A stretch of DNA of 64,000 bases from Bugula neritina (taxonomy: Eukaryota > Animalia > Bryozoa). The stretch covers positions 8,030,741 to 8,094,740 of the forward strand of contig OZ037768.1 of NCBI GenBank assembly GCA_964035545.1, given 5' to 3'. Positions 13,839-25,155 of the stretch are shown here, piece by piece. The notes below the pieces were generated by a model. The model made no database searches. It was not told where the DNA came from and worked only from the letters and a program-made list of their open reading frames with translations. Position numbers and translations under genes: made by a program. Each line of letters begins with the position of its first letter. Within the stretch, counting starts at the first letter, position 1.

Positions 13839-16800
13839 GTTTATTGTCCGATTGTCTTTGGTCAGATTAGGTATAATTATCTAGTATAGTTCGTATTGTT
13901 CATATTTAGCTGGGGTTTTTGTTTGTCTTGACCGTTGCCATCTAACTGGGGCTGGATCAGGGTTTGTATTCACTTCTGTAGGAATTGCTGTTGCGGCTGA
14001 TTGAATCTGTGTGTCTGGAACAGAATGACTGGAAACTGGGTCATTGGCGCCTGTTGGTATTTCAACTGTAGTCAATGGCTGACTAGCTTCCACATCACTC
14101 AGAGGGCGCAAATCGGCCCTGTTTCGCCTCACAGCCATGTCTGTGTCTTTGTTTGAGACAAGGTATGATCGGTCCGACAGCTGTTCAACCACTCTACCCT
14201 GCTGCCATCTAGTCTTTTGTGACACAAAGTCTCTCAGCAGCACTGGCGAGCCAATAGCCAACTTTGTCAAATCTTTAGCTGATTTATTGTAGCTGCTCTG
14301 CACCACTTTTCTTTTGTTAGCTTTTTGCTGTAAGACATTGTTCTTTGGCATGTCACCTGTAGGAAGAATAGACCTCGTGGAATGCCCAAACATCCTCTGA
14401 GCTGGTGATGAGGTCATCCCTGCAGTCGGGGTATTTCGATACTCTAGCAGAGCCAAATATGGGTCTTCTGCTCTCTTCATCAGCCTTTTGATTATTTTAA
14501 CTGCTGCTTCTGCCTTCCCATTCGACTGCTGATGTCCCGGAGATGAGGTTGTATGGCTGAAACCCCATTCAGTGCTAAATCGAGCAAAGTCGGCCGAGGT
14601 GAATTGTGGTCCATTGTCTGATTGAAGCTGGTGAGGGATTCCATACCTTGCGAAAGTTTTCTTGCAAGCCTTGATTACTGCTCTAGATTGTGTATCAGAT
14701 AGAGGTTCACATTCAAAGAAGTCAGAGTAATAATCTACCAGCATCAAATAATCCTTATGCTTATAGGTTAGTATGTCCATGCCTACTTTACTCCAAGGTA
14801 AGTCTGGTATGTCATGGTTTTGCAGAGACTCATGCTGTTGTAAAGGTGCATCCATTGCACATGTGACACACTTGTCAGTTTTCATTCGAATGTCCTCAGC
14901 CATTTGAGGCCAGAATACCGCATTGCGAGCTCTTCTGATAGTGGCAGCTGTTCCTTGATGGCTAGTGTGAAGCTTGTTGAGTATCTCACCTCTGGCAGCT
15001 ATGGGCACAACCAGTCTAGATCCTTTATAAATAATCCCATCTAGTACTGCAAGTTCATCTTTGTATGAATAGTACGGCTTCACCTCTTCTGGAAGTTGAA
15101 ATAATTTGTTAGGCCATCCTGAGGTTATCAGAGATTGCAGCTGCACCATTACTGGATCATTACCCGTATGCTGTTGGATCAGTTTATAGGTCGCTTTTGA
15201 CACTGGCAGGTCTTGCTTCAGATCCGTTTCGCTTAGGTCAGACATAAATGACTTTAATTGATTAACTGTGAAAATCTGTTCTTCTGATGTATTGTTCTGG
15301 GGTTCACCAACAGGAGCGCGAGACAGCATGTCTGCTGTAACTTGTTCAGAACCAGGTTTGTAGTGCACTTTAATTTGGTATCTTTGCAGAGCTAATAGCA
15401 TTGATTGCAGGCGTTTAGGCGCTTTGTTCAGAGGCTTCTTAAATATTGTTTCTAAAGGGTGGTGATCCGTGTGTACAGTTACATCTGGGTTTCCAAAAAC
15501 GTACTGATCGTATTTCTGCATCCCATAGACGATGGCCAGAAGTTCTAGTTCAATAGGTGCATAGTTTTTCTCACTATCTGTCAAACTTCTAGAGCCATAG
15601 CTTACTGGTTGCCCCTCTTGTAAAAGTACAGCTCCGAGCCCTTCTAGACTTGCATCAGTCTGTACAACTACTGGCTGGTTCATGTTGAAGTATTTGAGTG
15701 AAGAAGTTTTCGTGATGAGTTTTTTAATCTCATCAAACGCTCTCTTTTGATCTTGGCCCCAGACAAACTCTTCCTTGCTTACACCAATCAGCCGTCTTAG
15801 TGGTTCACATTCAGCAGAGCAGTGAGGTATGAACTTTGATAGGTAGTTCACATGACCAAGAAACCTCTGTATTTCTTCACTGTTGACAGGGGGCTTCATG
15901 TCCGTTATGGCTCGGATTTTATTAGGATCGGGCTTCACTCCATCTTTTGTTATCAAATGACCAATATAAGGTAGCTCTTCTAGAAGAAACTTACATTTTT
16001 CTTTGTTTAGCTTGAGATTAACCCTACGTGCTCTGGCTAAAAGTTTTTCGAGCTTTTGGTTATGGTCTTGCACTGCTTCCGCTTGAGTAGCTCCTTTCCC
16101 ATAAATTAGGATGTCGTCTGCTACTACAGTTACTCCGTCGAGACCGCTAAGTGCATCTGAGAGTCTCCTCTGGAACTCTTCAGGACTTGAGGACAACCCA
16201 AAAGGCATCCTCAGCCATTTGTATTTGCCAAATGGCGTCCAGAATGTAGTTAAATCACTGGACTTTTTGCTGAGCTTTATCTGCAGAAAGCCGTCCTTGG
16301 CATCACACAATGAGAATACTCGAGCACCATCCAGCTCGCTAAGCACATCGTCCAGCGTCGGCATTGGAAAATGATTTCTTTGAATCACTTGGTTTAGGTT
16401 GCTTGGGTCTAAACATACTCTCAGTGTGCCATTGGGTTTTCTCACAGCCACATGATTGTTTATCCAAGCTGTTGGATAGTCTACTGGACTTAAGATACCT
16501 TTCTGGGTGTATGACTGCGATTTTTGTTTGAGATCAGCTACCATCGAGCAATAAAGCAAACTGAATAAGCTTTGTCTTTGTTTGTAAAGGTTTATACTTT
16601 ATACTATGTTATTCGTGTTATTAATAATAGTCAGTTTGTGCTTTTAGATCTACCCAGAGTGGACCTTTAATATCTTGAGCAATAAACTATCTTAAACTCT
16701 TTGACCGGTCTCTGAATCTATAAAGCAAACATAGCATAAACATGGTACCATGAGTGGGGCTTAAAGAAACTAAAAGTAAAGTGTTTGCTGGAAAGAGAGA

Positions 16801-19800
16801 CAACAAACAATACAACTAAAGCAAAAACAACAAAAAATCACAATATCAAGATGAGTATCAGTGTTGACTTTTTAGCCCCCAAGCCTATTCAAGATGGCTC
16901 TGACTTGTCCAACCAGTGGACGAGATTTAAAGAAGAATTTGAGCTATTCCTCACAGCAGCTGAGAAAGCAAATTCTGATGATAAAGTCAAAGTAGCCATT
17001 ATGTTAAGATGCATAGGCCCAAGAGGCAACGACATATTCAAAACATTCACTTTCTCAGATGGTAAATCAAAAGAAGTCTATGCTGATGTTGTGGAGAAGT
17101 TTGATGCTTTTTGTCAACAAGGCACTAATAAGGTAGTAAAAAGACATCAACTGTTATCAACCAAGCAGAATACCATGAACATTGATGAATATGTCACCTC
17201 GCTTCACAAAATCGCTCGAGAGTGTCAACTGGACACAATGTATGACGATTTCATGCTTCAAGCTTTACTCCTGGGCATCAACGATGCCCAACTAAGAAGG
17301 AAGCTATTTGATGATGCCAGCGGGGATACTGGCTTAGGACTAGAAGAAGCTATAAAGAAATGTCGTATTGCTGAGCCTTATCATCTATTTCAATATGGTA
17401 TTCCCCAGGCAAACATCCAATACCTTCAAAAACCTCTGGATAGCTTCCGAGAATGTCATCTAGGCTGGCATTGCTTATTAGGTTAACCCACTCCTCTTTA
17501 ATGGTTATCAAACCGAGCTGAAGAGCGGCCTCACCAGATAGAAGGCTGTGATTTTGTGTCTTGTGCACCAGAAAATACAGCTGCTCTCCAGCTACTTCCA
17601 GTTTGCATCCTCCTAATGCTCGAGTGATAGAACCATCAAACTGCTTTAGTCTTGTCTGGTTGTTGTCAAGCTTTGGCTTACCGAGATCAACAAAATCTTT
17701 GTGATTGAGAATGTTACAGGATGCTCCTGTGTCAATCTGAAACTGTGTCGGTTGGTGACTATCATTCACACTGGCTCTTATAGTTGTCATCAACTTTTTG
17801 TTCTTTCTGACTACCTGTATGCTCAACAACGATTCACTTGAGCCATCACTGTCTTCTTCTACCATGTTTACTTGCTTTTTTGAGCGACATAGAGATCTCC
17901 AATGGTTATACTTTTTGCAGTTATGACACTGGTGACTGTATGCAGGACACTTTCTGGGAGGGTGAGACTGCCCACAGTTGCCACAACTTCCTTTTGAGAA
18001 GTTTCCTGTTCGAGTGGACCTTACTGCATTATCATCATCATCTTTGCTTGGCTTATTAGGCTTCTTTCTGGAACCGATGAACTGCACTGATTCTTCAGAC
18101 TGGATTGCAGCCATGTCATTCCTTGAATTCTCAGCAATACGACATTTCTTTATAGCTTCTTCTAGTCCTAAGCCAGTATCCCCGCTGGCATCATCAAATA
18201 GCTTCCTTCTTAGTTGGGCATCGTTGATGCCCAGGAGTAAAGCTTGAAGCATGAAATCGTCATACATTGTGTCCAGTTGACACTCTCGAGCGATTTTGTG
18301 AAGCGAGGTGACATATTCATCAATGTTCATGGTATTCTGCTTGGTTGATAACAGTTGATGTCTTTTTACTACCTTATTAGTGCCTCGTTGACAAAAAGCA
18401 TCAAACTTCTCCACAACATCAGCATAGACTTCTTTTGATTTACCATCTGAGAAAGTGAATGTTTTGAATATGTCGTTGCCTCTTGGGCCTATGCATCTTA
18501 ACATAATGGCTACTTTGACTTTATCATCAGAATTTGCTTTCTCAGCTGCTGTGAGGAATAGCTCAAATTCTTCTTTAAATCTCGTCCACTGGTTGGACAA
18601 GTCAGAGCCATCTTGAATAGGCTTGGGGGCTAAAACGTCAACACTGATACTCATCTTGATATTGTGATTTTTTGTTGTTTTTGCTTTAGTTGTATTGTTT
18701 GTTGTCTCTCTTTCCAGCAAACACTTTACTTTTAGTTTCTTTAAGTCCTCACTCAGGGCACCATGTTTATGCTATGTTTGCTTTATAGATTCAGAGACCG
18801 GTCAAAGAGTTTAAGATAGTTTATTGCTCAAGATATTAAAGGTCCACTCTGGATAGATCTAAAAGCACAAACTGACTATTATTAATAACACGAATAACAT
18901 AGTATAAAGTATAAACCTTTACAAACAAAGACAAAGCTTATCCAGCATATCATCAACAATTTCAATATAGCATTATGATGCTGATTAAAAATTCCTTGCT
19001 AAGTACTTCATTTATCCACCATATTGTATCACACAGGATCCTGCTGTGACCTTGAGACATGTACTGTTCGTCCAATCTCATACCCATGTCGTTCAGTACA
19101 AGATTCACAGTGTGATCTACCTGAAACATGTGACGGGGATAGTGAATGGTGTCCCATAGACACATACAAACGTGATGGAACTGAGTGTACAAACGTAGAA
19201 CAAGGCTATTGCTATGAAGGAGAATGTAATACCCACAGTTCTCAGTGCCAGCTCATTTGGGGTGTGGAGATTGGAGCAAAGAAGTCAGATGATTTGTGTT
19301 ACAAAGACAGCAACAATTTTAGTATGATGAATCTATACTTTTTGTAAAAGAATTTGTTTGCTGACTACTGTAAAGACAAAGCAGACATGTGTACAACCAT
19401 GAAAGATTTTCCGTTAGCAGTCATACATTGATTAAATCTTTTTTGTGAAAATATGAAAACTCTGCCAGAAATTTAAATGCTCATATACTGTTCCATTCAG
19501 GGAAATGTTTAGATGATAGCTGTGTTGTATTTCTTTGTGTAGTGGGTAATAGTGTATAATCAATTTAGCACATCGTCAGTGATTACAATCAATTCCACAA
19601 TTGGTTGAGCGAGGATAAGACAATATATTTGAAGAAAGATACAATAATAAAACAATTCTGTACTAACTATCAAGTGTTAACTGTTTGCCTGCCTATTAAC
19701 AACTGCGCACGGGGAGGGGGGCGGGAGGGGCCGGGGGAGGGGGGGGGAGCAACCACTATTTTCAATAATACAGTTAAGGTCTCTTCTGATTGGAGGGCTC

Positions 19801-22372
19801 GTTATATGATCAGGCCACTATCAGTATACGTCATGACACAACAGGCTGCTAATAGGGGAATTCCCCCTTTTTCTATTATGAGTAATATCGTAAATTACTA
19901 CACCTGGAGATTTGTTGACATGTTTTTAAATTGTTGGAATTTTCATGTTGACTTTACCAAGTTAAAGTTTTCTCCAACCTGATACAAAAGCAATATTACC
20001 TTTTTCAGTGGTTGGTCTTAAAAAATTACAGAAATATAAAATGATATCCAATTTAAATCAGATTTAAAATGTGTTTAAATGTTATATTTCACAAAAATGG
20101 TAATAGATCTTTTAAAAGGAAAAGGATATGAAAACATTTGATATGTATAGTTTCCATAATAGGCATGCATTTCAGCTCAAACAAGGACTCAATCATAAGA
20201 TTTTTTTGTGAATGATCAATACTAGTCAGCCACGAAACTCTTTTGTAGGTAATTCTATTGGAAACTGTGGGTGGGAAACTAAAGAACGAAATTCCTTATC
20301 AACCACAGTATACTATGTAAAACAAACTTATAAAAGCTGTGAAGCAGAAAATGACAAGTTTTGTGGATTGTTACACTGCTACCTTGACCGTGTTGAATCT
20401 GCAGATGATGTGTATGACATTGACCTACAGATTTTGAGCTTGGTAACCATGAAGTATATGTGGATACATAAAGGAAAAAAGTGCGCCATGACTTCTTTTG
20501 ATGTTGGTAAGAATAATTGCAAGTTTCAACAGTATTGTCAGCTTTGTAGAGTTTTTGTAAACAAAAAGAAGTTTCTGTTTACATGTCTCTTCCTATAAAT
20601 CATATTCAATTAATAAAATATTACTATAAAAAGCATATATAATTACTATTAGCTATGTGTATAGTTAGAAATCAAATTACTGTATATTTATCCTATAAAC
20701 TTTCTACACTAACTTCTTCCAATAGCAAATACTTGACTGCTTGCATTGGCTTCTACATTTGTTGATATAATATAGACCATAGAGGTTTTACTGAAATGGC
20801 TTTTACATGGTTGCATCTGCGCATTCTTAGAGTTTTAAAGCCACAAATTTATTTAAATATATAAATTGTGAATTTCTTTGTTTTAGGTTTAGACGCCTAT
20901 GATCCTGGCCAAGTGCCAAATGGAGCAAAATGTGCCAACAACAGTATGTGTGTCAACTCCAAGTGTGTACCTGTACCCCAACAACCTGAGTCATGTGACT
21001 GTAATGGTAGAGGTGTCTGTAACCAGCTCAATCAATGTCATTGTGACATTGGCTGGGCTCCTCCAGACTGCAAACGAAGAGGAAGAGGTGGTTCTCTTGC
21101 CAGCCAACCAACTGTTATTTTAAAACCCCAACTATCTTTAATAGCAGGTAATGGTGGTGCTGGGTTGATTACAATCTAGCAGTATTACCACCCTCTCTTT
21201 TATTGTTGGAATTTGACCAGATATAACTTCTCAGCTTTAATTTCAAACTTCTAATTGTTTCAAGTACCTAAACTCCTTACATCATATGATCTTTTGCTTG
21301 AAGGTCTGACATCATTCCTTGGTGTTGCACTAATGACAGCCGTTGCCATAGCGATAGGATACAGACGTAAAACAGATATAATTGAACAATTTTTCAACAA
21401 ACACCGCAGGTCTGATAGTTATCAATTAGATGTATTTTTAAATTAGCATTAGCTCAAGTTACAACTATACAATATTATAAATCAATGAATCATATTATAC
21501 ATGTAAAAAAAGCTTTTTTATTGACTTTTAAATTCTATATTTATGACTAATGCCATTTTACAGTTCAACGGTTAGGTAAATGACTAAAGATTTGTGAATA
21601 ACTTTGGAAAAAAAATCGTAAATGTGTCTGAAATTAACTAAATCAAGTATGAGTACTAAATGTAAAATCTAAAACACCCAATATTGCGTTGGGTGTTTTC
21701 CCTAAATAAGAAAGCATCAACTAAAACATTTTGATATAGAAAATTCCAATCGAAAATAAAATCAATATTCAAGAAATGAATCAGGATGTTCGCCATAACT
21801 AAGCTTTGTCACTATATAAATTATTCATGCTTGTTGACCTCTATATAAAAAAAGATCAACAAATCATAGCTTTTGCCGTTTCAGTGAAGAGAATATATTG
21901 AATTCTCATCAAGCTCCACCAGATAAGTCAGCGTCTGCAACTCCTGATCACCTTGCTGTCCTTAAGCAACCAAAGTATTCAACTAGTGCAAGTAAAAATA
22001 GTGATGTGACACCTCTAAACCAGGCAAAACTAATTCCCAGCAAACGTAAGTGTTTTCTTCTTCTTTTCTATGTTATAAGTGGTACAATGGTTGTCAAAAA
22101 AAGGGGCTTAGTTTAAGTCCAATGAACCACTTTGACTTTCACATATATACTTGTACATATCAAGTTTATGGCACTCCATACAGATTGGTTGTCCTAAAAT
22201 CTGACATGCTATCTTCCAATACTTTGTTTTAGCAGCTATTTCTACAGAGAAGCCACTAAGCACCACAAATATGTCTCCTCAAATGGCTTCATCTAGAAGT
22301 AAATCCAAGTGGTTAGAACAGACTTTGAATTCACCTTCAGAACCTAAACGCAAAAGATCCAGCGTTAAATAA
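10221..22372 (+). CDS. ADAM metalloprotease, tandem copy 2 (LTR retrotransposon in third coding intron)
   Basis: Exons 10221-11535, 12408-12563, 13278-13373, 19037-19321, 20249-20506, 20887-21147, 21304-21409, 21885-22045, 22233-22372. [17 protein letters not shown] site, disintegrin, EGF and TM all present; reading frame open across the junctions. Confidence 0.92.
13417..13611 (-). repeat. 3' LTR (195 bp)
   Basis: Direct repeat of 18764-18958 with one difference seen; preceded on the minus strand by PPT AAAGGGGA (13612-13619). Confidence 0.96.
13881..16545 (-). CDS. pol: Retrotransposon Pol (RT, RNase H, integrase), severed from gag-protease by the inverted insert
   Basis: LRVCLDP, RMPFGLSSSPEEFQ, VADDILI (RT); TDAS (RNase H); HTSH..CVTC, GMD, SDNGPQF, NGKAE (integrase); no internal stops. 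Confidence 0.95.
16561..17375 (+). mobile_element. Inverted fragment of the same retrotransposon family (LTR lacking first 13 bp, PBS, 5' gag)
   Basis: Near-perfect reverse complement of 18130-18945. LTR 16561-16742, PBS from 16743, gag from ATG 16851 to KKCRIAE. Confidence 0.95.
16743..16759 (+). promoter_or_regulatory. Primer-binding site, tRNA-Leu(UAA)-like
   Basis: TGGTACCATGAGTGGGG abuts the inverted LTR and resembles the complement of the animal tRNA-Leu(UAA) 3' end (..CCCCACTCCTGGTACCA, recalled rather than searched). Confidence 0.72.
17376..18654 (-). CDS. gag: Retrotransposon Gag plus aspartic protease (5' part of polyprotein)
   Basis: QWTRFKEEFELFL N-terminus, twin zinc knuckles CGNCGQSHPPRKCPAYSHQCHNCKKYNHWRSLC, protease FQIDTGAS, then YPEVFEGIGCLPGEYHIEID, interrupted at 17375. 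Confidence 0.93.
18746..18763 (-). promoter_or_regulatory. Primer-binding site, elongator tRNA-Met-like
   Basis: TGGTGCCCTGAGTGAGGA abuts the LTR and resembles the complement of the animal elongator tRNA-Met 3' end (..TCCTCACxCGGGGCACCA, recalled rather than searched). Confidence 0.75.
18764..18958 (-). repeat. 5' LTR (195 bp)
   Basis: TG..CA termini, followed on the minus strand by PBS TGGTGCCCTGAGTGAGGA. Confidence 0.96.
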
Positions 22373-23734
22373 ACATCTTTACCACTAGAATAGGACGCAA
22401 GATACAGTATAATAGCAGAATTACAGTTCAAATTGAAGAGTTCGCTGTAGCTGGTTATTACAATAGTTTGTAATATAAAATCAAAAGCTGTTTCATAAAT
22501 TATAAGCTTTTAAATTACCATTTTAGGAATGTTCCTATACATGATACACATCTGATATAATAGTTTTGTTGCTGTTCATCACATCACGTATTGTAACGAC
22601 ATGGCGCTTTTAACTACATAGTTATTTGTCGCTGTGTCTAATGTTGGACGTAAATGCATGTCCTTATACACTTTTGAGATGTGACTTGTGTACTTTTCTT
22701 GTCATGCAATATAGCAAACTAATAAAGTTAAACATGTTGATTATTTATTGTGTGACAATAATGCATGATTGGAGAAAAGCAAGCATCTGTCAAGGTTGAC
22801 AATGGATATTAGTGCTGAGTAAATAAAAAGCTGAATAAAATGTTACAAAAATGACAGGAAATAAAGAAGAACGAGATGAAGGTTTAACAATAACTGCAAA
22901 TAAGAATACAAAATGTGATTCAAATATTCAAATAAAAGTATGCCTAGCTGAGGGATTTTTTTTAATTCTGATCAAGATGGCAGCTTAAAACAAACAATTA
23001 CTACAAATGCATTAGTGAAATAACCAACTATATAACATTATATTGTTGTGAATTTATCTATGTAAATCACAATATGTGGGTTATTGAGATTGGAGCCTTA
23101 TAGGACGTTACAGTGAGAATGCGTGTAATCAAGTTATCCAAATCAACAGTCCTCGTATGATGTAATTCGATATTTATTGCATGCCAAATTATACGCCAAG
23201 TGTCAAACTATAATATGAAAAACTTTATATGGGTAAAGAAATGAGTAAAAAAGCAAAATCTACTGAACTAAGTCGGCTCCACTGCTATAACAACGTGGCG
23301 CTGGTGCAAGGCTGTCTTTTTATATCTGTGCAGCCTTTGTGCTGTTGTAGAGTTAGCATATACAGTCAGGTGATCACCAGCCAATAAAGTTGTATTAATT
23401 GCACAAACGAAGATGTGAACAATAGTGTGGGTATTTACTGTGGTGGGCAAATGAATGTCCTAAAAACCTTTACAATAACATATGTAGACTTTAAAACTTA
23501 AAAGCAAGGTTATATTTTACATATGAACTAAGCAAGTACTCAGAAGCACTAGGCTATATCAAACCACAACAAGAAAGTGGAACTTATAAAATTGGGAAAT
23601 ATACCATACATTAGATAGATAAATTTTGTGTTTATTTATGAGATCAGTTCCTGTTACATGTTTTCTCCATGGCTGAATATAGCACAGCATCAATGCAAAT
23701 GTTCTATTGAGTTATTTCAAGTAATTTAGTTTGT

Positions 23735-23825
23735 GAGTGAGTGAGTGAGTGAGTGGGTGAGTGAGTGAGTGAGTGAGTGAGTGATTGAGTGAGTGAGTGA
23801 GTGAGTGAGTGAGTGAGTGAGTGAG
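23735..23825. repeat. (GAGT)n microsatellite
   Basis: Direct read; a shorter paralogous remnant lies at about 33062-33090. Confidence 0.95.
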
Positions 23826-25155
23826 CAAGTGCAAATCACAAAACAAATAAAAGTTGTTTTTTACAGCTAAGAATTTCCTCCATGTATAACTCTTACATGT
23901 GCTATTTAGAATTATAAAAACACTTAAGATAATAATTCGCTATTTTTCATTTAAAACTCACCACAATACTCTCACCTCCATGAAGATTCACTTTGCAAAT
24001 ATAGCTGCAATATACCTACCAGATTTTATGTTTCACTATAATTCTTGCAAGCATAGAACATCTGTTTTAACTAAGCTAGCAAGCAATATGTGCTTATAGT
24101 TAAGTTATATAACTAACTCAGGCTCATATATAAAAAAAACAATAATTCCATGCATTCAACATAATATGCTTGTATGTATATGCCTACAACTTTCAGTCAA
24201 GTTTTTCTGCTATTACCATTGTTGGCACGACTGTGTGAGATAAAAACAGCAAGTAATGAAAGCAACAAAATATTAGTTTTGATAAATCAAGTTTTAAAAC
24301 TTTTCAAAGAGTTATTTGATATCCTCTGGTAGGAAAATAGCTTATACAATTCAACAGAATTCATAATTACAAGACAAAATTTGAATTCAAATATGGTTAT
24401 AGTTAAACATAATGGGGAGCCTAAATGAGGTAATTAAATATTATTTATTTAGAGTGATGAAAGTGCATATAAGATATGTTTCTAAAGAAACTGAATATCA
24501 ACTGGAATTAATATAATTATTATTTTTCATGAAATTACCACTTTATATGTGTTCGAATCTGTTTATGAATCTTAGTTTAGGCGTCTTTTCAAAATTTTAT
24601 TGATAATACATTGATGAATAAGAAACGTTTTTGTTGACTAGTAGCAGCTAAAGTAAAAGTTTTTTGCTTAATATTCAGACATCAACTCAGAACCCCTTTT
24701 CAGTTCCAAGTTTTCTAATCCATCTCACCGCAAAGTATCTACATATTACTCTGAGGACTTGTACCATTCAAACATTAACAGTAGCAGAAATTAATTCCGT
24801 AGATTAAAAATTCTGAATATTTAGCTACGCATAATGTTATAATAATTATGGTGATGAATCCTCTATATTAAAGTAACTTCTGTTTCAATTTTAAGATGTA
24901 ATATTATCATTTAGATTAAAGAGTTGAACAAAACTGCGTATGATGTATAATATAATGACAGTTTGTTTATAATCTATATGGTATATAAGCAACTATAATA
25001 TGATCATTCATTTTTATTTTATAGGATACATAGATGTTGTGGGTGTTGACAATAATAACAGAGCTAGAAGTTCACTATATTATAATTTTTTCCGTTAAAT
25101 TTTTTGAGTTAATTAAGCTTAATGCAACTTATTAAAAGAAGAGTTGACTAACAAG

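Larger units (their letters stand above)
13417..18958 (-). mobile_element. Ty3/gypsy (Mag-like) LTR retrotransposon, internally rearranged
   Basis: Two 195-bp TG..CA LTRs, ATTTC target-site duplication (13412-13416 and 18959-18963), PBS next to the right LTR, polypurine tract next to the left LTR, gag-PR-RT-RH-IN order. Paralogous introns in copies 3-5 show the empty site. Confidence 0.97.

Noticed and set aside
16561-17375. Nested integrase-mediated insertion, or assembly artefact
   Set aside because: No TSD and a truncated LTR end argue against integration; private SNPs, a different PBS and filler DNA argue against simple mis-assembly, though reads are needed to confirm.
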